Of a stretch of DNA of 64,000 nucleotides, positions 1 to 10,799 are shown piece after piece. The stretch lies in IMG/VR virus record IMGVR_UViG_3300022841_000014, positions 2,724-66,723 of that record; one strand, 5' to 3'. The notes under the pieces were generated by a model. It saw only the letters and a list, made by a program, of their open reading frames with translations, made no database searches and was not told the DNA's origin. The DNA comes from a virus. The translations under genes and the position numbers were made by a program. Positions within the stretch are counted from its first letter, which is position 1; each line of letters opens with the position of its first letter.

Positions 1-317
1 ACATGAGTGTTGTTCACAACATTCTTAACGGATCTGACGATCTAGTTGCACCAGTTGCAACAGTTAAGTTAGCAATGGCAGCATAATGCCAATGGTGAAA
101 AAAGCATCGTAGTAACCATTATGTAGTAACTTATCACAGGATGCTTGATATTCTGGTATGTCCAGATAGACCCGAAGTACATTAGTATAGTGAAGCTGTA
201 TGATAAGTTAATTTAGTATGAGTAACTAGTGTAGAAGAAAACTATAAATTGAAAAACTGTATAATTTATTAATAATCAAATTGTTGGGACAGGGGTTCGA
301 CTCCCCTCAGCTCCACA
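1..317 (+). ncRNA. ssrA: tmRNA, 5' end outside window
   Basis: Tag-like frame ending ...VKLAMAA-TAA (stop 84-86). 3' tRNA-like domain GAC-AGGGG-TTCGACT-CCCCT-CAGCTCC-A (288-315) with U70 and A73 alanine identity elements. Confidence 0.88.
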
Positions 318-493
318 GACTTCGCCGTCTAAAAAGCTGCGCCAGCAGGATATCTGGCAAATATAACATCATCCAAAGTTTTTAACACTTTTATAGATTT
401 GGGAAAGGTTATGTATCAAAAGTGTAGTACATTGCAATTGATAAGGCTTGCATATATTATGTGAGCTTTTATCTAAATAAAAAATAAAATAAA

Positions 494-645
494 TATTCAT
501 TAGCTCAGTCAGGTAGAGTACTTGTATCAAATAACGCTACCAATGATTACTATAAGGAACTTTTTTATTTAAAGTTGCTAGATTTAATTTATTATAGATA
601 ATAGTGAATCACAAGAAGACACTGGTTCAAATCCAGTATGAATAT
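494..645 (+). tRNA. tRNA-like gene with 85-nt insertion in the anticodon loop (identity undetermined)
   Basis: Acceptor TATTCAT/ATGAATA; D-arm GCTC-AGTCAGGTA-GAGT; anticodon stem CTTGT (521-525)/ACAAG (611-615); T-arm ACTGG-TTCAAAT-CCAGT; loop 526-610. Confidence 0.75.
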
Positions 646-675
646 TTTTTAACAATTAACTTAAACAATTTAACC

Positions 676-873
676 ATGAATCAATCAACAATAGCTGTAA
701 TGGCAGAAAAAAGAAGAGAAAGATTAGCTAAAGTAGCTAAAATGACTTACATAGGAACTAGACCTACTTGCAAATCAGTAAGAGTAATAGCTAGTAATGT
801 AAGATGGAATAGAATAAATAACAGAATGAGAGCAGAAACTATTTCAGATATTTCTTTGTTTGAAACAATTTAA
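676..873 (+). CDS. small basic hypothetical protein
   Basis: The ORF-track start at 604 overlaps the tRNA; ATG at 676 is more plausible. Confidence 0.6.
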   Translation: MNQSTIAVMAEKRRERLAKVAKMTYIGTRPTCKSVRVIASNVRWNRINNRMRAETISDISLFETI

Positions 874-1002
874 ATTCTATTTTTAATAACAATATAAAAA
901 CTATAACATCGGGATTTCTATCTATCTATCCCACTTCTTTAAATCAAGTTCATACTTGAAAGGTGTTATAGTTTGATATTGTTAATAATTAAAATTAAAA
1001 AC

Positions 1003-1296
1003 ATGAAAAATGAAATAGAAATATTAAATAAAATTAATATTGTTAAACCAGTATTAAATGAATTATCAGAAAATATTGATTTTATATTTTATGAAACAAT
1101 TAGAATATTTACTGACAGTACAATAGTTATGTTTTCAATTACTATTACCTATTTAAATATGGCTAATAATGCTCAAATAGTTTATGATAAATTTATTATT
1201 AATTCTTTTATTAAAAGAAATAAAATAGATGGTATTACAATAACTAAAAGTAACGAAGAAGGTAGAAATTTTATTGAAATAATAATAAATACGTAA
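1003..1296 (+). CDS. hypothetical protein
   Basis: ORF with ATG at 1003 after an A-rich leader. Confidence 0.6.
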   Translation: MKNEIEILNKINIVKPVLNELSENIDFIFYETIRIFTDSTIVMFSITITYLNMANNAQIVYDKFIINSFIKRNKIDGITITKSNEEGRNFIEIIINT

Positions 1297-1297
1297 T

Positions 1298-1516
1298 ATG
1301 GATTTAATAAAAGCTTGTTTAAAAACAAAATTTGATGGTCCTAAAATAGAAACTGTTAAAAAAGAAAAAAAAACAATAACAGAAAATACTAATTTAGATG
1401 ATAAATGTTGTGATGCATGTATTAATTTAACATTTCCATTTACAACGTGTGGTATAGACGGTGAAATAGTACAACCTTATAATGTATGTAATCTTTTTCA
1501 AAGCGTTTATATATAA
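1298..1516 (+). CDS. small Cys-rich hypothetical protein
   Basis: CCDAC...C...C pattern; tightly packed with neighbours. Confidence 0.6.
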   Translation: MDLIKACLKTKFDGPKIETVKKEKKTITENTNLDDKCCDACINLTFPFTTCGIDGEIVQPYNVCNLFQSVYI

Positions 1517-1545
1517 ATTTTAAAATTAACTTAAATAATTAAATT

Positions 1546-1842
1546 ATGGGATTATTAAAATCAGGAACTCAAATAGGTTCTTTAACAGTAAGATATTCAT
1601 CAGGAATGGTTAATATTGGTAATAAAGGAAAACAAATAAAAGAAACTACTTGTTTTATAAAAGATATAAAAGGTAAAGTTGTTTCTCAAGCAACTGTTAA
1701 AAAATTTTCAAAAGATCAAGATGTTACTGATGTAGCTAGAAATTATGCAACAGAAACAGCTTTAAGTTTAGTAGAAAACAAAAAAATTAAAAAAGAATTA
1801 TACTCATGGTGGATACCTTTAAAAAATCAAATAAAGAATTAA
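1546..1842 (+). CDS. hypothetical protein
   Basis: 98-aa ORF in the co-directional gene string. Confidence 0.6.
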   Translation: MGLLKSGTQIGSLTVRYSSGMVNIGNKGKQIKETTCFIKDIKGKVVSQATVKKFSKDQDVTDVARNYATETALSLVENKKIKKELYSWWIPLKNQIKN

Positions 1843-2132
1843 AATTAGAAATACCTATACTTGGATTTCTAAACAACATAAAACCTATTTTTAATTTATT
1901 AATAGGTTTTGATATTGAAATAGATTATGACAATAGTGATGATTATAGATATTTAAGTATAGAAATAAAAGCTGATAAAAATAGTGAAAATTTAATATTA
2001 GCTAATTCATTTTCTAATATGGCAACATCTTTGTTAGATCTTAATTATACTAATGTATATACTTCTAATACAATTAATAAAAAAGATGAAATTGAAATTG
2101 TAATACATTATGACTTAGGAGTTCGTGTTTAA
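1806..2132 (+). CDS. hypothetical protein
   Basis: 108-aa ORF followed by a terminator hairpin. Confidence 0.55.
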   Translation: MVDTFKKSNKELKLEIPILGFLNNIKPIFNLLIGFDIEIDYDNSDDYRYLSIEIKADKNSENLILANSFSNMATSLLDLNYTNVYTSNTINKKDEIEIVIHYDLGVRV

Positions 2133-2145
2133 TCACGAACTTTTT
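2120..2145 (+). terminator. intrinsic terminator upstream of the DNA polymerase
   Basis: AGTTCGTG-TTTAAT-CACGAACT followed by TTTT. Confidence 0.65.
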
Positions 2146-2170
2146 GTTAGACTTTATAAAAATAAAAAAT

Positions 2171-4099
2171 ATGAAAAAACAATGAAGTAACAAAACTTAC
2201 ATATACGATTTAGAAACATATAAAGATTTATTTCTTGCTGTGTTTAAGAATATAGAAACTAATGAGTTTTGAAGATTTGAAATTAACAAATACAAAACAG
2301 ACATAGTAAAACTTTACGAGTTTCTTAATCAAAGAAACATGACTTTAATAGGTTATAATAATGTTAATTTTGACTACCCAGTCTTACATAACACTATACT
2401 TAAAGTTAAAAGAAAATGAACATCTGAAGAGATATACAATGAAGCACAAAATGTAATACAAGCTGATTATTCTGCAATATGGGATAATCAAGTTAAGATA
2501 TCTCAAGTAGATCTTTTTAGGATTAAACATTACGATAACAAAGCACGTAGAACGTCTCTTAAATGGCTTGAATATGCCATGAGAATGGATAATATACGTG
2601 ATCTTCCTTATCCACCAGACAGTGATCTTACAAAAGACATGATGTCTGAAATAATATCTTATTGTGACCATGATGTAAATGCTACACATTTATTTTATAA
2701 CAAATGTCAAAAAGAAATTGAGCTAAGGCTTCAGTTATCTGAGGAATATGGTTTAAATTTAATAAATGCTAATGACCCTAAAATTGGTAGTGAAATATTC
2801 TTAGATTTATTATCTAAAGAAATGAATATTAAAAAGAAAGAATTATCAGAGAAAAGAACTTATAGAAAATCAGTTATATTTAATGATATAATACTTGACT
2901 ATATTAAGTTTGATTCAAAAGAAATGCAAAAAGTTCTTTTTAATTTTAAATCATATGTATCAAAAGATACTAAAGGTGAATTTAAATTTAGTGGTAAGAT
3001 AGGTAACATTATTAATGATTTTGGTCAAGGTGGTATACATGGTTGTACTAAACCTGGAGTGTATGTAAGTGATAAAACTCATGTAATCATAGACATTGAC
3101 GTAGCAAGTTACTATCCTAACTTAGCTATTAACAATGAATTTAGACCAAAACACTTAGGAGAAGCTTTTAGTAAAATTTATAAAAGTATATATGAATTAA
3201 GAAAGACATTTCCTAAATCAGATCCACGTAATGCAGCTTGTAAATTAATGCTCAATGGTTCATTTGGTAAAATGAATGATATGTATAGTTTTTTGTATGA
3301 TCCCAAATGTCTGTTAAGTATTACTCTTAATGGTCAATTACTTTTAGCTATGCTTATGGAGAAAATATTTAAACATGTTAATGATATTACATTTTTGCAA
3401 TCAAACACTGACGGTTTTACTTTTATTATAAAGAGAACTGATGTAGATTACATGAAAAAGATAGTTACATCCTGGGAAAATAAAACTAATCTTGTAATGG
3501 AATATGCTGTTTATGACAAAATGATAATACGAGATGTTAATAATTACATGAGTATTACTGATACAGGTTATACTAAATACAAAGGTGCTTTTGAAATGGA
3601 TAGGGATTATAACAAAAATCATAGTAAAAGAATTGTAGCTATTGCTTTAGCTAATTATTTTGCAAACAATGTTAGTCCTGAAGATACTATTTATAATCAT
3701 TTGTCAAATCATTCAACATCAGAGAATTATACTTTTTGTGAAAACTACGGTATTCACGATTTTTGCTTAGGTGTAAAGATGACAGGTGATAATAAACTCG
3801 TTGAAAGGATTGTAAAAGACTATGAGCCAGAAGATCATGAATTAGGTAAGGTAACTAGATATTTCGTTTCTAACGATGGTGAAATGCTTGTTAAAAAGTT
3901 ACCACCATTGCCTGATAAAATACCTACATTACAAATAAACATATTTGGTGAGATAGATATGGGTGATAGAGAATCAAGTATTGAAGCTGGTTATAAAACA
4001 ACAGTTTTTAATCAGTATTACAACAATGATAATTATAATATAGATTATAACTATTATTTAAGAGAAGTTAATAAAATTATTAACGTAATTAAAAATTAA
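2171..4099 (+). CDS. polB: family B DNA polymerase (642 aa with TGA readthrough at 2183, 2270, 2417)
   Basis: Exonuclease motifs YDLET and IGYNNVNFD lie in frame upstream of the track ORF; polymerase motifs DIDVASYYPN, KLMLNGSFGK, NTDG. Confidence 0.92.
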
Positions 4100-4114
4100 A
4101 AATAATAAAAAAAA

Positions 4115-4612
4115 ATGATTAAATCAGTAAATATAAATAAACAAAACATAAAATTTTCAAATAATAAAGGTCAATTTTTGACTTTAAATAAATCTACAGA
4201 TAATTGTAAATTTGGAACATTAGAAAATTTAAATTGTGCAAGTAGAGATTTAAAAAACCTTGTTGATACTGTATTAAAAACAGAAAAATCAATGAGAGTT
4301 TTAATGGCTCATGTTAATCAAAAATCATTAGTAGAAAAACTTAAAAAAGATTTTGAAATAATATCTGTTTTAGAATTACCTATTGGATATAATATTGGTA
4401 AACAATATCATGTTCACATTAGAAACACTTATGATGAAACTTATAAACAAAGATTTATAAGAGAAGGTGCTAAATCTTCTCTTAACTCTATGCTAGACGT
4501 TAATACTAAAATTTTAATGGAAACTTTTAAAGCAGGTAAAGCTGACAAAACTTACCACACAACAAACGGATTTAAAAAATTCATAAAAAAAAACAATTAT
4601 GGAACTATGTAA
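4115..4612 (+). CDS. hypothetical protein (probable paralog of 29644 and 31464 ORFs)
   Basis: STDNCKFGTLEN resembles PTKNCQWGSIFN and PFDNCQNVSISN. Confidence 0.7.
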   Translation: MIKSVNINKQNIKFSNNKGQFLTLNKSTDNCKFGTLENLNCASRDLKNLVDTVLKTEKSMRVLMAHVNQKSLVEKLKKDFEIISVLELPIGYNIGKQYHVHIRNTYDETYKQRFIREGAKSSLNSMLDVNTKILMETFKAGKADKTYHTTNGFKKFIKKNNYGTM

Positions 4613-4751
4613 TATATGCTTAGGAGAAAAACAATATATGAAAGAAAAAGCTAACAAAGGTGGTTTTGTACATATTAATTGTAATATTTGTGATGATGAA
4701 GGTTTAATAGATAACAATTTGTTTATAGACAAAACAGATATGGATTATTAA
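4599..4751 (+). CDS. small zinc-finger protein (50 aa)
   Basis: MELCNICLG...NCNICDDEG, two CxxC motifs; below the ORF-track cutoff. Confidence 0.6.
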   Translation: MELCNICLGEKQYMKEKANKGGFVHINCNICDDEGLIDNNLFIDKTDMDY

Positions 4752-4780
4752 ATCTAAACAAAATTAATGAAAATATTAAA

Positions 4781-5368
4781 ATGAAATTATGAGATATAGA
4801 AAATTTATCATTTAATTTTAAAGACATTAAGTTACTTGATATAAATATTAATCAATTAATGTGTATTATAAAAATATATTTAAGCTCAAATAAAATTTAT
4901 TTTGATTATGACATGAACAAAGCTTACATTAATGACCTTATTGAAAAACAGTATTTAATATCTGATTCAAAAGGATTGTATCTTAGAGATAAAGGTAAGA
5001 AAGTTATTAAAGTATTTGTCAAAATAAAAGAAGATAGTAGAAAAGAAGAAGAATTAGATAATCAATTAAAAACATATAGATCTTTATTTAAAGATATAAA
5101 AGTTGGTTCAATGGGTTCAGGTCTTTCTACTAGAAAAAAATTACAAAGGTTTATGGATTCAAATCCAGACGTAACTTTTGATGAATTAATAAATGCAACT
5201 GAAATGTATATTGAAAATTTCAATGGTAATTTTAAATTCATACAAAGAGCAGATTATTTTATATACAAACAGAATTACAAAGGAGAAGAAACTTCTAATT
5301 TGGAAATATGGGTAGAGCAATCTAAAAAAGAACCAGAAAATTCAGATTGGACAACAGAATTAAAATAA
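4781..5368 (+). CDS. putative replication-associated protein (initiator/helicase-loader-like), TGA at codon 4 (4790)
   Basis: ATG AAA TTA TGA GAT... continues in frame into the 4859 ORF; lies upstream of DnaB. Function is inferred only. Confidence 0.6.
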
Positions 5369-5378
5369 TTACAAAAAA

Positions 5379-5552
5379 ATGAGTACAAAATGGAAAGTTT
5401 CAATTAACGGAGAATTAAATACAATTGGTTCAGAAGAAATTAATGAAAAAGATCAATTTATTGATATTAGAAAAAAAGTTCATAAAAAAATGAACATTAA
5501 TAAAAAAACATTGGTAAGACCAGAAATATACATTATTAATAAAATAAAATAG
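5379..5552 (+). CDS. small hypothetical protein (57 aa)
   Basis: ATG-TAG ORF filling the gap between genes. Confidence 0.5.
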   Translation: MSTKWKVSINGELNTIGSEEINEKDQFIDIRKKVHKKMNINKKTLVRPEIYIINKIK

Positions 5553-5558
5553 CATAAA

Positions 5559-6401
5559 ATGCAAACTAAAAAACAAATTAAAGAATTACCAGAACAAATT
5601 AATTGTCGAACTTTTAAACATAGTATTACTTATCCTGTTATTATAACAGAAAAAGACAAATTAAGAAATTCTGTTTGCTGGGATGGTTTATTTTTTAGAT
5701 CACAAGATAAAAATTTAAATTCTTATTCATGTTACATTAAATTAATAAATGGACAAGTTAATTATAATTTAGAAGATTTTGTAATATTAAAAAATTTACT
5801 TGATCGTTTAAAAGATATATGTTCTTATTCTAAAACAGTAGATGAAGATGGTTTTATTGAAATTACAACTAAAACTATAGCTCAAAGAATATTAGTTTTA
5901 AGAACAATAAGATGTTTATATGGAGCTACTGGTAGAAAATTTATTCAAGATGCTATGGATTATAGTAGTTCAAAAAGAAAAAATTTCATATATTGTTTGT
6001 TTTTTATAAGCAGGTATAATTCAATATTAAATATGTGTAGACCTGAATTGTTAATTAATGGTAAAGTTCATTCTAGATCTTTTTTTCCTGATTCAAGAGG
6101 GTATGAAACGTATTATAATATTAAATCAAAAGTTCTTAAGTTATCAAGAATTTGGTTTTACAGAGGTAATACTAAAAAAGAAATTTTAAAAATTTTATCT
6201 GTTAATACAAATATATATCATGTAGATACTAAAAATAGTATTTCTCATTTTTCATTATTAGAATATGAAGTAGCACAAAAAAATAATTCAATTTTTTTTG
6301 CTCTTAATAAAGAATTTTGGGAAATTAAAAAGTATGATATTGCAGCTTTTGAAAAAATATATCAAAAAGATAGAAAAGAATCAATAAAACTTAAAAATTA
6401 A
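5559..6401 (+). CDS. hypothetical protein
   Basis: 280-aa ORF. Confidence 0.7.
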   Translation: MQTKKQIKELPEQINCRTFKHSITYPVIITEKDKLRNSVCWDGLFFRSQDKNLNSYSCYIKLINGQVNYNLEDFVILKNLLDRLKDICSYSKTVDEDGFIEITTKTIAQRILVLRTIRCLYGATGRKFIQDAMDYSSSKRKNFIYCLFFISRYNSILNMCRPELLINGKVHSRSFFPDSRGYETYYNIKSKVLKLSRIWFYRGNTKKEILKILSVNTNIYHVDTKNSISHFSLLEYEVAQKNNSIFFALNKEFWEIKKYDIAAFEKIYQKDRKESIKLKN

Positions 6402-6405
6402 AAAA

Positions 6406-7107
6406 ATGTCAAAATTAGTAAAATGCGTAAGAGAAAACAATTATAATCTTACATTAAACAAAGAATACGAAGCAACAGTTGATGTTAATAACGGAAACCG
6501 TTATAATTTAATAAATGATCGTAATATTGTAGGTAGATATGGTACAAACATATTTGAAGATGTAATAGAAGAAGTGATTCCAGTAGCACCGCCTGCACCT
6601 GTTAAAAATACAATTGAACATATTTTACATAATATTAATAATGTTAATGGTTCTTTTGTTGTTGAAATTTTTCAAGGTCAAACTGCTAATATTCATAAAG
6701 GTATATTTAATACACATGCTTGTGATATAAGTTGCGGTTTAACTTCATTTAGTGGAATTACAAATATATATAGAGGAATTTCTGACAATGTTGGTGTTTT
6801 AGAGTTAACTCAAGCTGAAAAAATTGCTTTAACTAATAGATTATATTTATTAATGTTAACTGAATTTTTAGACACTATTACTGTAGGTGGTGCAATAGCA
6901 TCTACAAATACTAATTGTCAAGGTTTTGAAAATATGGATGAAATTATATCAACTTTTAATGTTAGCTCTTCTAGAATGGATAATCCTAATAGTGGTAATG
7001 AAATCATTGTTTATGTTTTTAATTTAGAACAAGATTTAGATGAAGAAGATGAAGAAGATTTTGATATGGTTGAAGAAAATGATGATTTTGAAGATGTACT
7101 TGAATAA
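6406..7107 (+). CDS. hypothetical protein with acidic tail
   Basis: 233-aa ORF, Pro-rich linker, D/E-rich C-terminus. Confidence 0.7.
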   Translation: MSKLVKCVRENNYNLTLNKEYEATVDVNNGNRYNLINDRNIVGRYGTNIFEDVIEEVIPVAPPAPVKNTIEHILHNINNVNGSFVVEIFQGQTANIHKGIFNTHACDISCGLTSFSGITNIYRGISDNVGVLELTQAEKIALTNRLYLLMLTEFLDTITVGGAIASTNTNCQGFENMDEIISTFNVSSSRMDNPNSGNEIIVYVFNLEQDLDEEDEEDFDMVEENDDFEDVLE

Positions 7108-7137
7108 TTTTAAAAACTTAATTAACAATTAATTTAA

Positions 7138-8268
7138 ATGCAAAAAGAAGAATTAGACAATTATGGTAGATTAAAAAAACATTTATGAAATAGAAGAGAA
7201 AATATAATATCTGGAAAAGCAAATTGTATACCCTTTGGACTACCTCGTTTTGAAGAAGTGGTTCCTGGTATACAACAAGGTAAAATGACTCTTGTTACAG
7301 CTAGTACTAAAGTTGGTAAAACAAAAGTTACAGATAATTTGTATATGTATAATCCTATTAAATGAAAGTTACAAAATCCTGAAAGTCCTATTACATTAAA
7401 AATAGTGTATTTTACATTAGAAATGTCTGAACGTCAAAAAATGACACAGGCTGCTTGTAATAGGCTTTTTACTACATCAAAAGGTAATATAAGAATAGAT
7501 CCTGTTAAATTACAATCTACTCGTGGTGCTGTTAGTGAAGAAATACTGTTAGAAATAGAAAAACAAAATGAATATTTTGAATTTTTTAATAAAACTGTAA
7601 CATTTATAGACAACATTAAACATGCTTACGGTATAATGAGGTATATGGATGATTACGCTAAGGCTAATGGTACTACTTATTATAAAACAGTTACTTTTAA
7701 AGATAATAAAACAGGTGAATCTAAAGATCATGAAGTATTTGATTATTACAAAGCAGATAGACCTGACGAGTATGTTATTATAATAGTTGATCACATATCT
7801 CTTTTATATCCAAAAAAAGGTAGTACTTTACATCAAGAAATATCAGATCTTTCTTCTAAATATTTTATACAACTTAGAAATAGATATAATTATAGTCCAG
7901 TTATTGTGCAGCAACAATCCGCAGCTTCAGAATCTCTTGATAATATGAAAGCTAACAGGTTAAAACCTAGTTTAGTAGATATAGCTGATAATAAGTTAAC
8001 TAGTAGAGATGTAGATTTAGCATTAGGTTTATTTAGTCCTTACAGACATGGTATAAGAAAATATCCTGAAAAAGACGGCTATAACATTGAAAAATTCAAA
8101 GACAATATAAGATTTTTAGAAATTTTAGCATGTAGAGATGGTGGTGGTAACACTGTTTGCCCTTTGTATTTTGATGGTGCAGTTGATTTTTTTAAAGAAT
8201 TACCTTTAACTAATGATGAAAAAGGAATAAAATCAGTATATAATATGCTTAACAAAATTAGAGAATAA
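7138..8268 (+). CDS. dnaB: DnaB-like replicative helicase (TGA readthrough at 7186, 7363)
   Basis: Walker A ASTKVGKT lies between the two TGAs; YFTLEM, IIVDHISLL and VIVQQQ motifs follow. Confidence 0.9.
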
Positions 8269-8333
8269 ATAATAAAGAATGGAATTATGAAGATTATTAA
8301 AAATAATTTCAACTATAACAACTAGAGATTGAT

Positions 8334-8726
8334 ATGTTTACAAAAGAATTATTAGGAAAAGTGTTTAATACAACTAGTATTGAAAATGAAAAAACAACTG
8401 AAAGTTTTTTTCAAAATAATGATAATATACTTGAAAAAGGTAGTATAAGACATACTATTACAGAAAATGATGACGACGACATTCCAGTTACTATAATAAC
8501 TAGAGAATACAGTGCTTTTGATGGTAGTCTTAATTACAAAGAACAAGTAACAGTTGCTTCAAGTGTTTTTAATGAAAGAAAAAAAATGATTGTTGGTGAT
8601 ATGAATATATTATCAAGAGTAAATTATTTAAAAAGACAAATTAGACATTATTCTGAAAAAGAAAGTTATGAAATATGTCAAGGAATGAAAGTTGAACTTG
8701 AAAAACTAGAAGAATTATTAAAATAA
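8334..8726 (+). CDS. hypothetical protein, UVR-like coiled-coil C-terminus
   Basis: C-terminal LKRQI...ESYEICQGMKVELEKL. Confidence 0.6.
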   Translation: MFTKELLGKVFNTTSIENEKTTESFFQNNDNILEKGSIRHTITENDDDDIPVTIITREYSAFDGSLNYKEQVTVASSVFNERKKMIVGDMNILSRVNYLKRQIRHYSEKESYEICQGMKVELEKLEELLK

Positions 8727-8732
8727 AAACAA

Positions 8733-9812
8733 ATGGCAAAAATAGATATTGAATATCACAAATTATTGCAAAAAATAAGAAATGAAGGTTTCAGATATGA
8801 AGATCCTAATCGCAAGAATGTATTTAGGTATCAGATACCAAGTTACACGTTGGTACACAATTTTGATGATGGTTTTCCCGCAATAACTACTAAAAAGTTA
8901 TATTGGAAAGGAGTTGTTGGAGAATTATTATGGTTTTTACGTGGTGATACTAATATTAAATATCTTGTAGATAATGGTATTAATATTTGGAATAAAGATG
9001 CTTATAACTGGTTAATTAAAAATTATTCTATATCTGAAGGGGAAACTCCAACTATTAAAGAAATATTTAAAAACCCAGACAGTTGGAATTTAGATTTAGG
9101 TAGAGTATATGGTGCTCAATGGAGAAATTGGTTTATTTCAGATAATAATCCAGGAGGTTTAGATCAAATATCCAATCTTATAAAAGGATTAAAAGAAACA
9201 CCTATGGGTACAAAGCACATAGTTACAGCTTGGAATCCTGCTGAGTTAGATGATATGGCTTTACCACCTTGTCATTGGAGTTTTGAAATATTAGTTGAAC
9301 CTTTAAATTGGTTTGAAAGAACTGGTTTAGTTAAACCTTCTGATCATATTAAACAAAAATTAAATGTAAAAGCTATTAAAAATGGCAAATGTAGTAAAGA
9401 ATTAGATATGGAATATTATAATTCTTTAGATACACCTAAATACCAATTTACTTTAAAATGGCATCAACGTTCAGTTGATACATTCTTAGGTTTACCTTTT
9501 AATATTGCAAGTTATGCATTATTAGCAAAGCTAATTGGTAAAATGACTAATATGATACCTAAAGGTATTATTGGAGATTTGTCTAATGTACATATTTATG
9601 AAGCACATATAGATGCTGTTAAAGAACAGTTATCTAGAGATGTTAATAAATATAATAATTGTGATTTAACTATTAGTACTAAAGCACAAGCTGAATTAAT
9701 AGATGGATTAAAATATATTAATAATAATAATATAGAAATTAAAGATCTTATGTTATTAGATTACGAATCATACCCATCTATAAAAGCAGAAATGCTAGCT
9801 TATAACAAATAA
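8733..9812 (+). CDS. thyA: thymidylate synthase
   Basis: TTKK, ELLWFLRG, YGAQWR, MALPPCH, QRSVDTFLGLPFN, HIY motifs. Confidence 0.97.
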   Translation: MAKIDIEYHKLLQKIRNEGFRYEDPNRKNVFRYQIPSYTLVHNFDDGFPAITTKKLYWKGVVGELLWFLRGDTNIKYLVDNGINIWNKDAYNWLIKNYSISEGETPTIKEIFKNPDSWNLDLGRVYGAQWRNWFISDNNPGGLDQISNLIKGLKETPMGTKHIVTAWNPAELDDMALPPCHWSFEILVEPLNWFERTGLVKPSDHIKQKLNVKAIKNGKCSKELDMEYYNSLDTPKYQFTLKWHQRSVDTFLGLPFNIASYALLAKLIGKMTNMIPKGIIGDLSNVHIYEAHIDAVKEQLSRDVNKYNNCDLTISTKAQAELIDGLKYINNNNIEIKDLMLLDYESYPSIKAEMLAYNK

Positions 9813-10068
9813 TATGAAAAAAAATAGATTAACATTTTTAGAAATTATACTTTTAAGTAGTATTCTTATTATAATGTTTTTAACATCTTTAACAGTTTCT
9901 TTTTATATTTGTAAATTAATTTTAGAATAATGAATCAAAATAAAAATAGCAGTCAATTAAACACTGTAAGAGATACTTTAAATGAAAAAGTAAGTAAATA
10001 TTCTATTGTTGGAAACAGTAAAAGAGTATTTTGGAATGCTAAACGTAGATTTAGAACTATTTAATTAA

Positions 10069-10091
10069 ATAAGTCAACAGTGTCAACTTAA
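10069..10091 (+). promoter_or_regulatory. 23-nt repeated upstream element, copy 1
   Basis: ATAAGTCAACAGTGTCAACTTAA, ending 17 nt before ATG 10109. Confidence 0.65.
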
Positions 10092-10108
10092 CTTATTAAT
10101 TTAAATAT

Positions 10109-10783
10109 ATGGCACATTTAGTATTTATAGTTGGTGAATCAGGTACTGGTAAATCAACAAGTCTCAGGAAATTAAATCCTGATGAAACCGTAATCATTAA
10201 TACGGATCAAAAAGCACTACCTTTTAGAAAGTACAAAGACGTTTATAATCAAGAAAAAGGAAATTATATGCAGTCTAGTAATATAAAAGATGTGGTTAAA
10301 TCACTTTCTGAAGCTAACGCTAATGAAAGCATTAAAACTGTAATTGTAGATACATGGTCTCGTATTATGACAGATTCTGTCATGAGCAATGAATTTAACA
10401 ATGCTAAGAATGGTATGCAAGCATGGGCTAACATGGCAAGAAATCAATACAAATTGATTAATTTTGTTAATGATACCATGCGTGACGACATTATTGTTTA
10501 TTTTTTTTGTCATCCAGAAAAAATATATGATGATATGGGAACCTTAAATCAAAGAATTGCAGTTCAAGGTAAGCAATTAGCTAAATTAAGCCCTGAAAGC
10601 TTTAGTAGTATGGTGTTATTTACAGATGTAAAAAAAGAGCCAGGAAAACCAGCTAGATATTTGTTTAGAACACAAAACGATGCTACAGATACTTGCAAGA
10701 CACCAATGGATATGTTTCAAGAAGAACATGTTGAAAATGATCTTGTAGAAGTAAATAAAGTAATTAGAGACTATTATGAGTAA
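10109..10783 (+). CDS. Sak4/AAA_24-like ATPase (ssDNA annealing)
   Basis: GESGTGKS Walker A, VIVDT Walker B, KTP motif; adjacent to SSB-like gene. Confidence 0.85.
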   Translation: MAHLVFIVGESGTGKSTSLRKLNPDETVIINTDQKALPFRKYKDVYNQEKGNYMQSSNIKDVVKSLSEANANESIKTVIVDTWSRIMTDSVMSNEFNNAKNGMQAWANMARNQYKLINFVNDTMRDDIIVYFFCHPEKIYDDMGTLNQRIAVQGKQLAKLSPESFSSMVLFTDVKKEPGKPARYLFRTQNDATDTCKTPMDMFQEEHVENDLVEVNKVIRDYYE

Positions 10784-10799
10784 TTATTAGTTTGTATGT

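Noticed and set aside
526-610. Group I intron in the tRNA
   Set aside because: 85 nt is too short and no catalytic core elements are recognisable.
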